64,000 bases of DNA from Candidatus Dormiibacterota bacterium (GCA_963718525.1 OY970355.1:1984001-2048000); one strand, 5' to 3'; positions 8,344 to 19,685 are shown, numbered from the stretch's first letter. Notes: generated by a model not told the origin, from the letters alone. Numbers and translations are program-made.

Positions 8344-11019
8344 CCGGCCGGCGAAGCCTCTCCGGCAAGTCGATCGACTTCGCGTGCGCGCTGCGCTCGC
8401 ACCATGCTGTCGCGGCCCTCGCGCAGGATGCGCACCGCGGGACTGGGAAGCTCGCCGCTCTCGAGCGCAAAATCGATGGCTGCCACAACTTGATCGTCCA
8501 CCAGGTGCGTCGGGTACAGGCACTCGGTGAAAGCCTCGGCCTCATCGATGGTACGTTCCGCCCAGACCTTGGGAAGAAGGTCGAGATAGCGCTTGACATA
8601 GGGACGGAGCAGCTCAGGGTTCGGTCCGCGAGCCATCATGCCGCCGACACCCACCGACCCGATGTAGAAACCACGCAAAATCGACGCCATCGAGGCGACC
8701 GACAGCTCTCCGTCCGTCGTGCCCTTCCACGCCACGGGCATGGGCGCGGTCGGGTCCGCCACGCGGAGCCACGCCTCCTCCTTGGCCGCCGCGGTCGGCC
8801 TCGCAGCGAAGGACGCCATGCCACGACGCCGTCCGATGTCGCTGGGATCCGACGCCATGGCCGCCTGGATGAGCGCGACATCCGCGTGCCCCTCCTCTGC
8901 GAGCTGGCCCACGATGAGCCAGCGGAGGTCGGTGTCCACGTCGATCCCAGCGATCGTCTCGGTGCCATCGAGCAATGCGGCGACCCTCGCCAGCGCTTCT
9001 TCGGACGCAGCGGTTGCCACCAGGATGCGCGACCAGATCAGGCGCAACTCATTGGCCAGGCCAGGCCGGCTGACCTGTGCCCCTGCGACCTGATGGAGCT
9101 GCTCGCGCGCGGCGCGACGGTTGTCCGGGTCTCCGTAGAGATCGATGGCTGAGCGCGCCTGGCTCGTGACTCGCTCGACGAGCAGCCAATCCTTCTCGGC
9201 GGGCGCGTGCCGAGCGACCAGCTCGACGAACTCACGTGCCGGCATCTCGCCGTCGCGGGTGAGATCCCACACCGCAGCCCAGCAGAGGGCCTGCGCGAGG
9301 GGATCTTCCATGTTGGAGAGGTCGGCCTTGAGAGTGGCCAGCGATCGCGGGTCGAACCGCAGCTTGGCGAAGGTGAGGTCGCCGTCGTTGAGCAGCACCA
9401 GATCGCAGACCCGCTCGCCGACCAGCTCGGTGATCGGGGTCAGGGCGCCGGTCAGATCGGTCTCGACCCGGCGGCGGAGTTTGAGGATGCCCTTCGCATC
9501 TCGGTCGTAGAGCCCGATACCCGCGCGATGCACCCGCAGCGTGGGATGCTCCGGAACGGCAGTCTGCTCGACCGCGAACGACGTGTATCTGCCGTTCTGC
9601 TCGGAGAGGTGGGCGCGAAATGTGTTCAACCCCGTGGTCTGCAACCAGTCCTGACCCCAGCGCGTGAGGTCGCGCCCGGAGGCGCGCCGCAGACAGTCCA
9701 GAAATTCCTGCAGGTCCGCGTTGCCCCAGCGATATCGCTTGAAGTAGTCCTGCACACCGCGCATGAAGGCGTCGTCGCCGACCCACGCGACCAGCTGGCG
9801 CATCACCGAGGCGCCCTTGTGGTACGTGATCCCGTCGAAGTTCTGGCGGACGGAAACAGTGTCCGGCACGTGGTCGGCAATGCGATGGGTGGTGACGAGC
9901 TGGTCCTGCCGCGCGGCGATCGACTTGACACTGTTGGCAAAGTCGACCCACGCATTGGTGAAACGAGTTCGACTTCTCCATGGCGAGGTTCGCCATGTAG
10001 GTGGCAAAGGTCTCGTTGAGCCAGAGGTCGCCCCACCAGCGCATGGTGGTGACGTCTCCGAAACCGTGGACGTGCGCCATCTCGTGGAGGATCGTCTCCG
10101 CCCTGCGCTGCAGCTGAGCCTCGCTCGCCTGACCGCGATGGATGTAGGCCTCGTTGAACGTGACGCACCCCGGATTCTCCATTGCGCCCATGTTGAATTC
10201 CGGCACGAACAGCTGGTTGTACTCGTCGAACGGGTATGTGAGTCCGAAGTACTTCTCGAAGAAATCAAGCCCCGCCGCGGTGATGTCGAAGATCTCGTCG
10301 GCCTGTGCGTCGACCCAGCTGGCGAGCGATTCCCGGCACCACAGTGCCATCGGGATGTCGCGATGCCTGCGCTCCACGGTGTGGTATTTGCCCGCGACGA
10401 CGGCGATCAGATAGGGCGGCAGCGGTGGCGTCGAGTTGAAATGCCACGTCTTCATGTCACCGCGTCGCTCGACACGCAGGACGCGGCCGTTCCCGCAGAC
10501 GCGCCATGCGCCCGGAGCGGTCACGCTCATGGTCACCCCCGCCTTCAGGTCCGGCTGGTCGAAGCAGGCGAGGACCTTGTGCGCGTCAAACGGCTCGAAG
10601 TGGGTGTAGACGTACACCTCGTCATCCACCGGGTCACGCAACCGATGCAGGCCGACGCCGGTGTGCTGGTATTCGCACTGTGCGGTCACGGTCAGCCGGT
10701 TGGAGCCCGCGCGGAGGCCGCGAAGCCAGAGCACATTGCCGTCGAACCCGTGCTGGGCTGCGCTGAGGCGCTTGCCGTTCAGGTTGCACTCCTCGATCGA
10801 GCGCGCGGCGATGTTGATGAAGGTTTCCGACCCCTCGTGCGCGGCGTCGAAGACGATCGTCGTCGCGCTCTGGAACGTCTCGGCCTCCGGATCATCGCTG
10901 AGCACCAATGACACCTCGTACGAGAGGTTGGACAGAAGTGCCGCGCGAGCCTGGGCGTCTGCTTCGGTGAGATTGTCCTGGAGGGGTGGTCGGTCGAGAG
11001 CGGTGGCGGTGAGTGTCAC
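8340..11019 (-). pseudogene. pepN: aminopeptidase N (M1 family), split by a single-base frameshift near 9968 (real lesion or sequencing error)
   Basis: GAMEN and HEMAH...WLNE motifs in the 9232..11136 frame; continuation TRFTNAW...FDGITYHKG in the 8340..10268 frame; removing one T at 9968/9969 joins them. Confidence 0.85.
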
Positions 11020-11185
11020 TGCTCCAAGCCTACTAAACTCACCCCGGGACCAACGGAATCCCGGGCGCACCATCGTTTGGGCCGATCGATGCGCCCCGAC
11101 TGGCGCGGACGACGTGCCTAGTGGCGACCCACCCAAATCGCGGGGAACTTCGTCAGTCGCGGATCGTTTGTTACGATCGGCCGCG

Positions 11186-11542
11186 ATGCTGTCGGGCTAC
11201 GCGCCGATCCTCTTCTTCTTCGGCATCTGCGCGGCGTTTGCTGTATTCGCACAGCTGCTCAACGCGGTGCTCGGCCCGAAGCGTCCAACGCCAACCAAGG
11301 ACCTTCCTTATGAGTTGGGGATGGTGCCCAGGGAGAGCGCGCGACGCCGCTTCTCCGTGAGCTTCTACGTCACCGCGATGCTGTTCATCATCTTCGACGT
11401 CGAATCGATCTTCCTGTTTCCCTGGGCCACGATCGTCCGGGCGCTCAAGGTATTCGGCAGCGTCGAGATGGCCATCTTCATCGTGACGCTTCTGGTCGGT
11501 CTCCTCTACGTCTGGCGCAAAGGGGCGCTGCGATGGGATTGA
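11186..11542 (+). CDS. nuoA: NADH-quinone oxidoreductase subunit A
   Basis: [23 protein letters not shown]; first gene of nuo cluster. Confidence 0.95.
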   Translation: MLSGYAPILFFFGICAAFAVFAQLLNAVLGPKRPTPTKDLPYELGMVPRESARRRFSVSFYVTAMLFIIFDVESIFLFPWATIVRALKVFGSVEMAIFIVTLLVGLLYVWRKGALRWD

Positions 11543-12114
11543 GCAATGAATTGATCGTTCCGGGCGGCGGAGGCGGGAGCATCCTGCTCGCGGACGCCGA
11601 TGCGGGGACCATCGCCCTCCCGCGCACCGGTGCCGCGGAGCGGACCGCTCTCCAGAGCGGGTTCGTCACCACGACGCTCGGCAAGGTCATCCAGTGGGGC
11701 CGCTACAGCTCGCTGTGGCCGGCGCTCTTCGGTCTCGCCTGCTGCGCCATCGAGATGATGGCCACCGGCGCCGCCCGATATGACATGTCGCGCTTCGGAT
11801 GCGAGGTCTTCCGCGCGTCGCCACGCCAGTCCGATCTGATGATTGTCGCGGGTCGCGTCTCGCAGAAGATGGCGCCGGTCCTCCGGCACATCTACGACCA
11901 GATGCCCGAGCCCAAGTGGGTGATCAGCATGGGGGCGTGCGCCTCCAGCGGCGGGATGTTCAACAACTACGCGATCGTCCAGGGTGTCGACAAGGTGGTT
12001 CCCGTCGATGTGTACATCCCCGGTTGCCCGCCACGCCCCGAGGGACTCCTGGACGCGGTCATGAAGCTGCAGAAGAAGATCGCCGGGGAACTCCCCGGCT
12101 CGCTGCTCGGGTAG
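11533..12114 (+). CDS. nuoB: NADH-quinone oxidoreductase subunit B
   Basis: [26 protein letters not shown]. Confidence 0.97.
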   Translation: MGLSNELIVPGGGGGSILLADADAGTIALPRTGAAERTALQSGFVTTTLGKVIQWGRYSSLWPALFGLACCAIEMMATGAARYDMSRFGCEVFRASPRQSDLMIVAGRVSQKMAPVLRHIYDQMPEPKWVISMGACASSGGMFNNYAIVQGVDKVVPVDVYIPGCPPRPEGLLDAVMKLQKKIAGELPGSLLG

Positions 12115-12118
12115 AGCA

Positions 12119-12685
12119 GTGACCGCCGTGGGATCGTCCATGAGCGGCGCGCGGGCGGCGGACCTCCTGGAGCGGGAGCTTCCGGCCGCGGTGCGCCGTC
12201 GCGAGTCCGGCTTCGATGAGGTGAACCTGTGGATCGATCGCGCCGACCTGGTCCAGGTCTGCACCCTGCTCCGCGATCACCCCGACACCGCGTACACCAC
12301 GCCGGTGTTCGTCACGGCGGTCGACTGGCCCGACCGCGAGCCTGTCGAACCACGCTTCGACGTGGTCTACGCCCTCAGGTCGCTGCAGTACAACGACGTG
12401 TGCAGGCTGATCGTCCAGGTGACCGAGGACGATCCCAACGTCCCGAGCCTCGAGCGGGTCTTCGCCGGCATGGACTGGCACGAGCGCGAGTGCTTCGACC
12501 TTCTCGGCATCACGTTCACCGGGCACCACGACTTGAAGCGGATCCTGCTGCCGACCGACTGGGACGGTCATCCGCTGCGCAAGGACTACGCATCGTTCGG
12601 CGAGCCGATCGCCTTCACGCACAACCTGGAGTGGGCGCTTCCCGCGCAGGAGCGCCCGCGCGACATGCCGGGGGGCTCGCGATGA
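12119..12685 (+). CDS. nuoC: NADH-quinone oxidoreductase subunit C
   Basis: WHERECFDLLGITF, GHPLRKDY. Confidence 0.95.
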   Translation: MTAVGSSMSGARAADLLERELPAAVRRRESGFDEVNLWIDRADLVQVCTLLRDHPDTAYTTPVFVTAVDWPDREPVEPRFDVVYALRSLQYNDVCRLIVQVTEDDPNVPSLERVFAGMDWHERECFDLLGITFTGHHDLKRILLPTDWDGHPLRKDYASFGEPIAFTHNLEWALPAQERPRDMPGGSR

Positions 12686-13974
12686 CCGCGCTGCCGCCTC
12701 TCGGGAGCCCGACGGCGCCGCTCGATCCCCTCAGCGAGCAGTACGAGGCGGGACGCGAGTTGCTCGGCGTCGAGCCGGGCCTCGACGCCGTCGATCTCGT
12801 CCAGATCGGCGAGAACACCATGGAATTGAACATGGGGCCGATGCATCCCTCGACGCATGGGGTGCTGCGTCTCGTCCTCAACCTCGACGGTGAGGTGGTC
12901 CGGGAATGCCGTCCCGACATCGGGTACCTCCACACCGGGTTCGAGAAGGACTTCGAGCGTCACACCTACCAGCAGTGCATCCCATACACGGACCGGATGG
13001 ACTACCTCTCGCCGCTCTTCAACAACCTCGGCTTCTCGCTGGCGGTGGAGCGGCTGCTCGGCATCGAGGTGCCGCTGCGCGGACAGTACCTGCGCGTGAT
13101 CATGTGCGAGCTCTGCCGGCTCGCGAGTCACCTCCTCTGGTACGGCACCAGCGCGCTCGATCTCGGCGCAACCACAGCGTTCGTGTACGCGTGGCGCGAT
13201 CGCGAGAAGCTCCTGGACATCAACGAGCTGGTCAGTGGCGTTCGCATGCACACGTCCTTCATCCGCGTCGGCGGCCTTCTCGCCGACGTTCCCGACCCCT
13301 TCTACGAGATGGTTGGAGCGGTCATCAAGACCTTCCCCAAGCTCATCGACGAGCACGAGCTGCTGATCACCAAGAACCCGATCTGGCGCCAGCGCACCGT
13401 GGGCCTCGGCGTGTTGACCCCCGAGGACGCGATGGCGTACGGCGCGACCGGGCCCGTGCTCCGCGGCAGCGGCGTGCCCTACGACCTGCGCAAAGCCCAC
13501 CCGTACAGCTCGTACGACCACTTTGACTTCGATGTCCCGATCGGCAGGAACGGCGACGTGTACGACCGCTACCTCGTGCGCATGCAGGAGATGCGCGAGT
13601 CGCTGAAGATCATCACGCAGGCGTTCGAGAACCTCCCCGAGGGGCCGGTGAACACCACCGACCGCCGCGTGGCGCTGCCACCGCGCAATGAGCTCAACAC
13701 CAGCATGGAGTCGCTGATCCACCACTTCAAGCTGGTGACCGAGGGGATGCGGGTTCCGGCCGGACAGGTCTACGAGGCAATCGAATCGCCCCGAGGCGAG
13801 CTCGGCTTCTACCTGGTGAGCGACGGGACCAACCGGCCGTATCGCTGCAAGGTGCGCGCCCCCTCGTTCAGCAATCTGAGCGCGCTGCCCCACATGGTCA
13901 GAGGCGAGCTGATCGCCGACGTGGTGGCGGTCATCGGCTCGATCGACATCGTGCTCGGAGATGTCGACCGATGA
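12682..13974 (+). CDS. nuoD: NADH-quinone oxidoreductase subunit D
   Basis: NMGPMHPSTHGVLRL, GYLHTGFEK, terminal GDVDR; ATGA overlap with nuoC. Confidence 0.97.
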   Translation: MTALPPLGSPTAPLDPLSEQYEAGRELLGVEPGLDAVDLVQIGENTMELNMGPMHPSTHGVLRLVLNLDGEVVRECRPDIGYLHTGFEKDFERHTYQQCIPYTDRMDYLSPLFNNLGFSLAVERLLGIEVPLRGQYLRVIMCELCRLASHLLWYGTSALDLGATTAFVYAWRDREKLLDINELVSGVRMHTSFIRVGGLLADVPDPFYEMVGAVIKTFPKLIDEHELLITKNPIWRQRTVGLGVLTPEDAMAYGATGPVLRGSGVPYDLRKAHPYSSYDHFDFDVPIGRNGDVYDRYLVRMQEMRESLKIITQAFENLPEGPVNTTDRRVALPPRNELNTSMESLIHHFKLVTEGMRVPAGQVYEAIESPRGELGFYLVSDGTNRPYRCKVRAPSFSNLSALPHMVRGELIADVVAVIGSIDIVLGDVDR

Positions 13975-14023
13975 CTCCCGAGCGATCGACACCCTGCGGC
14001 TGCGAACCGGCGGGCATCCCGGG

Positions 14024-14752
14024 ATGACCCTGCAGGCAGAGACGCGGACCGCGATCGAGCGCGCCCGCGACCGCTACCCGCTCGCGCGCAGCGCGATCCT
14101 TCCAGCCCTCTGGGCCGTCCAGCACGAATTGGGTCAGATCACTCCCGAGGCCATGCGCGAGGTCTCGGTCATCCTACAGGTGGCCCCGAGCGAGGTCGAG
14201 GCGGTCTCGACCTTCTACTCGATGTACTTCCAGCACCCCCACGGGCGTCACGAAGTCATCGTCTGCATCAACGTTTCGTGCGCGCTCCGTGGCGCCGAGG
14301 GCATCGTCGACCACATCGAGCGGACCCTCGGGTGCGCATCCGGTGAGACGACCGCCGACGGAGCCTTCACCTGGTCGAGCACCGTCGAGTGCCTCGGAGG
14401 CTGCGGCGGCGCCCCGACCATGCAGGTCGACCACCACTTCGAAGAGAACCTCACTCCGGATCGCGTCGACGCGATACTCGGCTCCTTGAGGTCCGCTAGC
14501 AGCGTCGGAGAGGCGGGTCCTGTCGCCGCGGGAACCCCTCGCCGTCGCGCTTCTGGCGCGCCGGCGCTGCCCCCCGCGGCGCCACCCGCCGCCCCATCTG
14601 CCGCGGCGACCGGGCCGGCTGCCGACGCGTCTTCCGATCTGGGTTCGGCGGGCGAAACCCCACTCACAGCGCCTAGAGAGCCGGAGCAATCGGCGACGAC
14701 GGGACCCGGCGTCAAGAAGCGTACGCAGCGTCGCGGCAAGGCCGGTCAGTAG
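14024..14752 (+). CDS. nuoE: NADH-quinone oxidoreductase subunit E, with low-complexity C-terminal tail
   Basis: CINVSC and ECLGGC [2Fe-2S] ligands; start 14024 inferred. Confidence 0.93.
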   Translation: MTLQAETRTAIERARDRYPLARSAILPALWAVQHELGQITPEAMREVSVILQVAPSEVEAVSTFYSMYFQHPHGRHEVIVCINVSCALRGAEGIVDHIERTLGCASGETTADGAFTWSSTVECLGGCGGAPTMQVDHHFEENLTPDRVDAILGSLRSASSVGEAGPVAAGTPRRRASGAPALPPAAPPAAPSAAATGPAADASSDLGSAGETPLTAPREPEQSATTGPGVKKRTQRRGKAGQ

Positions 14753-14799
14753 GATGCAGCGGCCGATGAGCAGAAAAGAACGGGATCGGGCCGGCGTCG

Positions 14800-16089
14800 A
14801 TGGCTGAGTACAGGCTGCTCACCAAGGATTTCGGCGCGGAAGCACTCCAGACCCTCAAGGGATACGAGAAGGTCGGTGGCTACCAGGGGCTCCGTGATGC
14901 GTTCAAGAAGTTCACGCCGGACACGCTCGTCGCCGAGGTGAAGACGAGCAACATCCGAGGTCGTGGCGGGGCGGGGTTCCCGACCGGGATGAAGTGGTCG
15001 TTCCTCCCCAAGGACGTGTTCCCGCGCTACCTCTGCTGCAATGCGGATGAATCCGAGCCGGGATGCTTCAAGGATCGGTACCTCATCGACGAGAGCCCGC
15101 ACCAGCTCATCGAGGGGCTGTTGATCGCGTCCTATGCGCTCCAGGTGAACATCTCCTTCATCTACATCAGAGGTGAGTACCACGATCAGCGGCTCCTGCT
15201 CGAGCGGGCGGTGGAGGAGGCACGTGCAGCCGGATACATCGGTCGCAACATCCTCGGCAGCGGCTTCGACTGCGACGTGATCGTGCACGGCGGCGCGGGC
15301 GCCTACATCTGCGGTGAGGAGACGGCCCTGATCGAGTCGCTCGAGGGGCTTCGGGGTCAACCCAGGCTCAAGCCACCGTTCCCGGCGGTCAAAGGGCTCT
15401 ACGGGCAGCCAACCGTCGTGAACAACGTCGAGACGTTGTGCAACATGCCCCATATCGTGCAGCGCGGCGGCGACTGGTTCAAATCGCTCGGCACCGAGAA
15501 GAGCGCGGGGACACGTGTGTTCTGCTGCAGTGGCCACATCAATCGCCCCGGAAACTATGAGATGCAACTCGGCACGCCGATTCGCGAGCTGCTCGAGGAG
15601 GAGTGCGGCGGCATCTGGAGGGACGGCTCCCTGAAAGCCTTCCAGCCTGGTGGCGGCTCCATGCAGGTGCTGCTCCCGCAGCATCTCGACCTGCCCCTCG
15701 ACATGAATGCCGTGCAGGAAGCCGGATCATCGCTCGGGGCCGGAGCGATGGTCTTCATGGACGAGACGACCTGCCTCGTCGACGTGTCGATGCGGCTGGT
15801 TGACTTCTACCGCCACGAGTTGTGCGGCAAATGCGTGCCCTGTCGTGAAGGCACGTATTTCGAGTCGGAGCTGATGCACCGGCTCGAAGCCGGCCTCGCG
15901 ACACGAGCAGAGCTCGCGAGCCTCGCGGACATCTGCTCGAACATGGACGGTCGCTGCTTCTGCCCGCTCGGTGACACCGCGACCTGGTTCGTGATGTCCG
16001 CGTACAAGTACTTCCGTGACGAGTTCGAGGCGCACTGCGGTGCCGGCCGCTGCCCGGTGAGGGCGCAGGCCACGGCTCTGGTGGCGTGA
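14800..16089 (+). CDS. nuoF: NADH-quinone oxidoreductase subunit F
   Basis: GRGGAGFPTG, NADESEPG, YICGEETAL, CGKCVPC. Confidence 0.97.
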   Translation: MAEYRLLTKDFGAEALQTLKGYEKVGGYQGLRDAFKKFTPDTLVAEVKTSNIRGRGGAGFPTGMKWSFLPKDVFPRYLCCNADESEPGCFKDRYLIDESPHQLIEGLLIASYALQVNISFIYIRGEYHDQRLLLERAVEEARAAGYIGRNILGSGFDCDVIVHGGAGAYICGEETALIESLEGLRGQPRLKPPFPAVKGLYGQPTVVNNVETLCNMPHIVQRGGDWFKSLGTEKSAGTRVFCCSGHINRPGNYEMQLGTPIRELLEEECGGIWRDGSLKAFQPGGGSMQVLLPQHLDLPLDMNAVQEAGSSLGAGAMVFMDETTCLVDVSMRLVDFYRHELCGKCVPCREGTYFESELMHRLEAGLATRAELASLADICSNMDGRCFCPLGDTATWFVMSAYKYFRDEFEAHCGAGRCPVRAQATALVA

Positions 16090-18029
16090 CGGCGGTGGCG
16101 GAGACGGGAACGCCGCCCGAGCAGCCGGACGACGGCCGCGTCGGCATCAGCATCGACGGACGCGATCTCCGTGTCCCCAAAGGCACGCTGGTGCTCGACG
16201 CGGCGACCACGGCCGGTATCCACATCCCGATTTATTGCGCCCATCCAAAGATGGACCCGGTCGCGGTGTGCCGGATGTGTCTTGTGAACATCGAGAAGTT
16301 CCCGAAGCCACAACCGGCGTGCGCGACGGTCGCTGGTGAGGGCATGGTCGTGCACACCAACCTGCCCGAGGTCACCAAGCTTCGCGAAGGGATGCTGGAA
16401 TTCCTGCTCCTCAATCACCCGCTCGACTGCCCGGTCTGCGATCGGGGAGGGGAGTGCGACCTTCAGGACTTCACGTTCCGCTACGGACCGGGAATCTCGC
16501 GCTTCCCCATCACCGAGAAGGTCCATTTCAAGAAGGCGCTCCCGCTCTCCGAGCACATCGAGCTCGACCAGGAGCGATGCATCCTCTGCTGGCGCTGCGT
16601 CCGCTATTACGACGAGATCACCGGTGAGAAGGAGATCGTCCTCCAGCAGCGTGGCGTGGACACCCTGGTGGCGACCTTCGACGACCAGCCGCTGCAGTCG
16701 AAGTTCCAGGGCAACCTCCCGGAGGTCTGTCCGGTGGGAGCGCTCACCCACAGGAAGTACCGTTTCGTCTCACGGCCGTGGGATCTGCAGCGGACGGCCA
16801 GCATCTGCCCCGAGTGTTCGTACGGGTGCAACATCAATGTGGACAGTCGAGACTTCGAGGTGCGCCGGTTCGCGTCGCGCGACAATCCGCTTGTCGACGA
16901 CATGTGGCTCTGCGACCGTGGTCGCTACAGCTTCGACCGCTGGAACAGCTCGGAACGGGTCCGACGTCCGGTGGTCCGGAGCGACGACGAGTCGCGAGAC
17001 GTGTCGGTCCCCGAGGCAATCACCCAGGCAGCACGGCGTCTGCGGGAGATCGCCGATGAGTACGGCGCGGGATCGATCGGCGTGCTCGGTTCGAGTGCCA
17101 GCACCAACGAGGAGCTGTTCCTGCTCGAGCGCATCGCCCGTCAGGTGATCGGCACGCCGCACGTGGATCATCAGCTCGAAGCGTTCGAGGGCCTGTCGGC
17201 GGATGAGCACGAGCTCGGCATCGCTGAGATCGAGGAGTGCGATGCGCTGATCGTGCTCGGGACCGAGCCCGAGGAGCAGGCACCCGTGCTCACGCTGAGG
17301 TTGTACAAGGCCGAGCGCAAGAAGGGCGCGCGTGTGATCCGGCTGAGCAGCGATGCGTCAAAGGCCGATGCTGTCGCCGCCGCCGGCACCGCTGCGCGCA
17401 TCGGCCTGATCGCCGACGAGACCCATCGCGTGCACGCGGCGGAGCTCGCGCGCGCACTCGGTGCTGCTGCCAGGGTGCGACGGCTCACGATCACGCGCGG
17501 CACCAATGGGCGCGGAGCGAAAGACCTTGGCCTGCTGCCGAATTTCGGCCCGGGGTACGCATCGATCGCGGAGCCCGGCAAGAATGGCCGCCAGATCCTT
17601 GAAGGGCTCGCCGCCGGAGAGATGCGCGGGCTGCTCATGCTCGGCCCCAACCCGGCTCTCGAGGCAGCGGGCGACCTGCTCGAGCGTGCCGTGCGCAAGG
17701 CGGCGTGCGTCGTGGCATTCGACACGCGCCCGGGCGTCGTATCGCGCTACGCGACCGTGCTGTTTCCCGGCCACGCGATCTTTGAGAAGGCGGGCACCGT
17801 CACCAACGTCGAGGGGCGTGTACAACGGATCCGCGCCGGCTTGCCGCCTGCGTCGGCGACGCCGGTGGAGACGCGCGTGCTGACCAGCATTGCAGGCGAG
17901 ATGGGAGCGGTCGGTTGGGGATCCGGCGATCCGCTCGCTGTCAACCGCCTGCTGCGCGACGAGGTTCCCGCCTACGGGCGCGCCGGCAATGGCGGACGCG
18001 CATTGTTCAGCGCAGAGGCGGTCGCGTGA
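16086..18029 (+). CDS. nuoG: NADH-quinone oxidoreductase subunit G
   Basis: CRMC, HPLDCPVCDRGGEC, CILCWRC and CPECSYGC Fe-S motifs. Confidence 0.95.
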   Translation: MTAVAETGTPPEQPDDGRVGISIDGRDLRVPKGTLVLDAATTAGIHIPIYCAHPKMDPVAVCRMCLVNIEKFPKPQPACATVAGEGMVVHTNLPEVTKLREGMLEFLLLNHPLDCPVCDRGGECDLQDFTFRYGPGISRFPITEKVHFKKALPLSEHIELDQERCILCWRCVRYYDEITGEKEIVLQQRGVDTLVATFDDQPLQSKFQGNLPEVCPVGALTHRKYRFVSRPWDLQRTASICPECSYGCNINVDSRDFEVRRFASRDNPLVDDMWLCDRGRYSFDRWNSSERVRRPVVRSDDESRDVSVPEAITQAARRLREIADEYGAGSIGVLGSSASTNEELFLLERIARQVIGTPHVDHQLEAFEGLSADEHELGIAEIEECDALIVLGTEPEEQAPVLTLRLYKAERKKGARVIRLSSDASKADAVAAAGTAARIGLIADETHRVHAAELARALGAAARVRRLTITRGTNGRGAKDLGLLPNFGPGYASIAEPGKNGRQILEGLAAGEMRGLLMLGPNPALEAAGDLLERAVRKAACVVAFDTRPGVVSRYATVLFPGHAIFEKAGTVTNVEGRVQRIRAGLPPASATPVETRVLTSIAGEMGAVGWGSGDPLAVNRLLRDEVPAYGRAGNGGRALFSAEAVA

Positions 18030-19036
18030 TCGGGCCGGACGATCTCTGGTGGGTCCTGCTCATCAAATGCGGCGTGCTCGTCGTATTCCTCCTGACCGCA
18101 TTCGCGTATCTGACGCTCGCTGAGCGAAAGATCTCGGCCCGCATCCAGCTTCGCTACGGGCCGAACCGGGTCGGACCCTTCGGGATGCTCCAGCCGGCTG
18201 CAGATGGGCTGAAGCTGTTCTTCAAAGAGAACGTCGCGCCAGCACAACGCGACAAGATCCTCTACCTGGTGGGGCCGAGCCTCGCCGGGGGTTCGGCGCT
18301 GCTCGCATACGCGGTGATTCCTTGGGGCACCAATGACTGGTTCGGACACGTGTTCCACTGGGATATCGCACACGTCAACGTCGGCCTGCTGTTCATTCTC
18401 GGCATCACGTCGCTGGGCGTGTACTCGCTGTTCCTCGGAGGGTTCGCCTCCAACAGCAAGTACTCGCTGCTCGGCGGCCTGCGTTCGTCGGCGCAGCTCA
18501 TCTCCTATGAAATGGCGGTGTCCTTCGCGCTCATCGGCGTGGTGATCCTCTCGGGCTCGCTCGACCTGGAGAAGATGGTGGGAGCGCAGCAGGGACTCTG
18601 GTTCATCGTCCTGCAGCCGCTCGCGTTCATCCTCTACTTCACCGCGGCGTTCGCGGAGACCAATCGCCTGCCGTTCGACCTTCCCGAGGCGGAGACCGAG
18701 CTCATCGCCGGGTACCACACCGAATATTCGGCGATGCGATTCGGGCTGTACTTCCTCGGCGAGTACATCAACATGGTCACGGTCTGCTCCATCGCCACGG
18801 CGCTCTTCCTCGGCGGCTGGCTGCCGCTCCTGCCGTTCCATCCCTTCGACTGGATTCCGGGACCCATCTGGTTCCTCGGCAAGGTGGGAGTGCTGCTCTT
18901 CGTGATGATCTGGGTGCGCTGGACACTCCCACGGCTGCGCTATGACCGGCTGATGAATTTCGGATGGAAGGTGCTGCTCCCACTCGGGTTGATCAACATC
19001 ATCGTGACCGGCGCGATCGTCGCGCTTCGGGCATGA
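18026..19036 (+). CDS. nuoH: NADH-quinone oxidoreductase subunit H
   Basis: ERKISARIQLRYGPNRVGP, NRLPFDLPEAE. Confidence 0.97.
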   Translation: MIGPDDLWWVLLIKCGVLVVFLLTAFAYLTLAERKISARIQLRYGPNRVGPFGMLQPAADGLKLFFKENVAPAQRDKILYLVGPSLAGGSALLAYAVIPWGTNDWFGHVFHWDIAHVNVGLLFILGITSLGVYSLFLGGFASNSKYSLLGGLRSSAQLISYEMAVSFALIGVVILSGSLDLEKMVGAQQGLWFIVLQPLAFILYFTAAFAETNRLPFDLPEAETELIAGYHTEYSAMRFGLYFLGEYINMVTVCSIATALFLGGWLPLLPFHPFDWIPGPIWFLGKVGVLLFVMIWVRWTLPRLRYDRLMNFGWKVLLPLGLINIIVTGAIVALRA

Positions 19037-19055
19037 CGCTGCCGAGGGTGACGCG

Positions 19056-19685
19056 GTGATCAAGGAGATCGCGAAGGGTCTCGCGTTCACGCTGAAGAAG
19101 ATGGGGACGCATCCGATCACGGTGCAGTACCCCGAGGAGCAGAAACCGGTGTCGCCGCGCCACCGCGGGCGGCACATCCTGCACCGATACGACAACGGGC
19201 TGGAACGGTGCATCGGCTGCGAGCTCTGTGCAGCCGCGTGTCCGGTCGGCTGCATCTACGTGCTCGCCGCAGAGAACGACCCCAAGGCACCGATCTCTCC
19301 CGGTGAGCGCTACGCGGAGCGGTACGAGATCAACCTGATGCGCTGCATCTACTGCGGGTACTGCGCCGAGGCCTGCCCGACCGAGGCGATCACCCTCGGC
19401 CCGCGCTTCGAGCTGGCCGATTACCGCCGCGAGCGGACGGTGGTGACCAAGGCCGAGCTGCTCGAGTCGTGGCCCGGATTCACCGGCGGGAGGGCGTCGA
19501 GCCCGGTTGGCGCGGGCGCCGACCAGACCGGCCGCGAAGATCTCGACCCCGGTGTGCGACCTCGGGCCGCATGGTCCACGCAGGAGAACACGCTCGACAC
19601 CGAGACGGCGCCACTGCCAGGCGCGCTCGGGGTTCCGGTCGATGTGCCGACGGTCATCGAACCCGGCGCGCGGAAGGCGAAATGA
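19056..19685 (+). CDS. nuoI: NADH-quinone oxidoreductase subunit I
   Basis: Two CxxCxxCxxxCP motifs. Confidence 0.96.
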   Translation: MIKEIAKGLAFTLKKMGTHPITVQYPEEQKPVSPRHRGRHILHRYDNGLERCIGCELCAAACPVGCIYVLAAENDPKAPISPGERYAERYEINLMRCIYCGYCAEACPTEAITLGPRFELADYRRERTVVTKAELLESWPGFTGGRASSPVGAGADQTGREDLDPGVRPRAAWSTQENTLDTETAPLPGALGVPVDVPTVIEPGARKAK

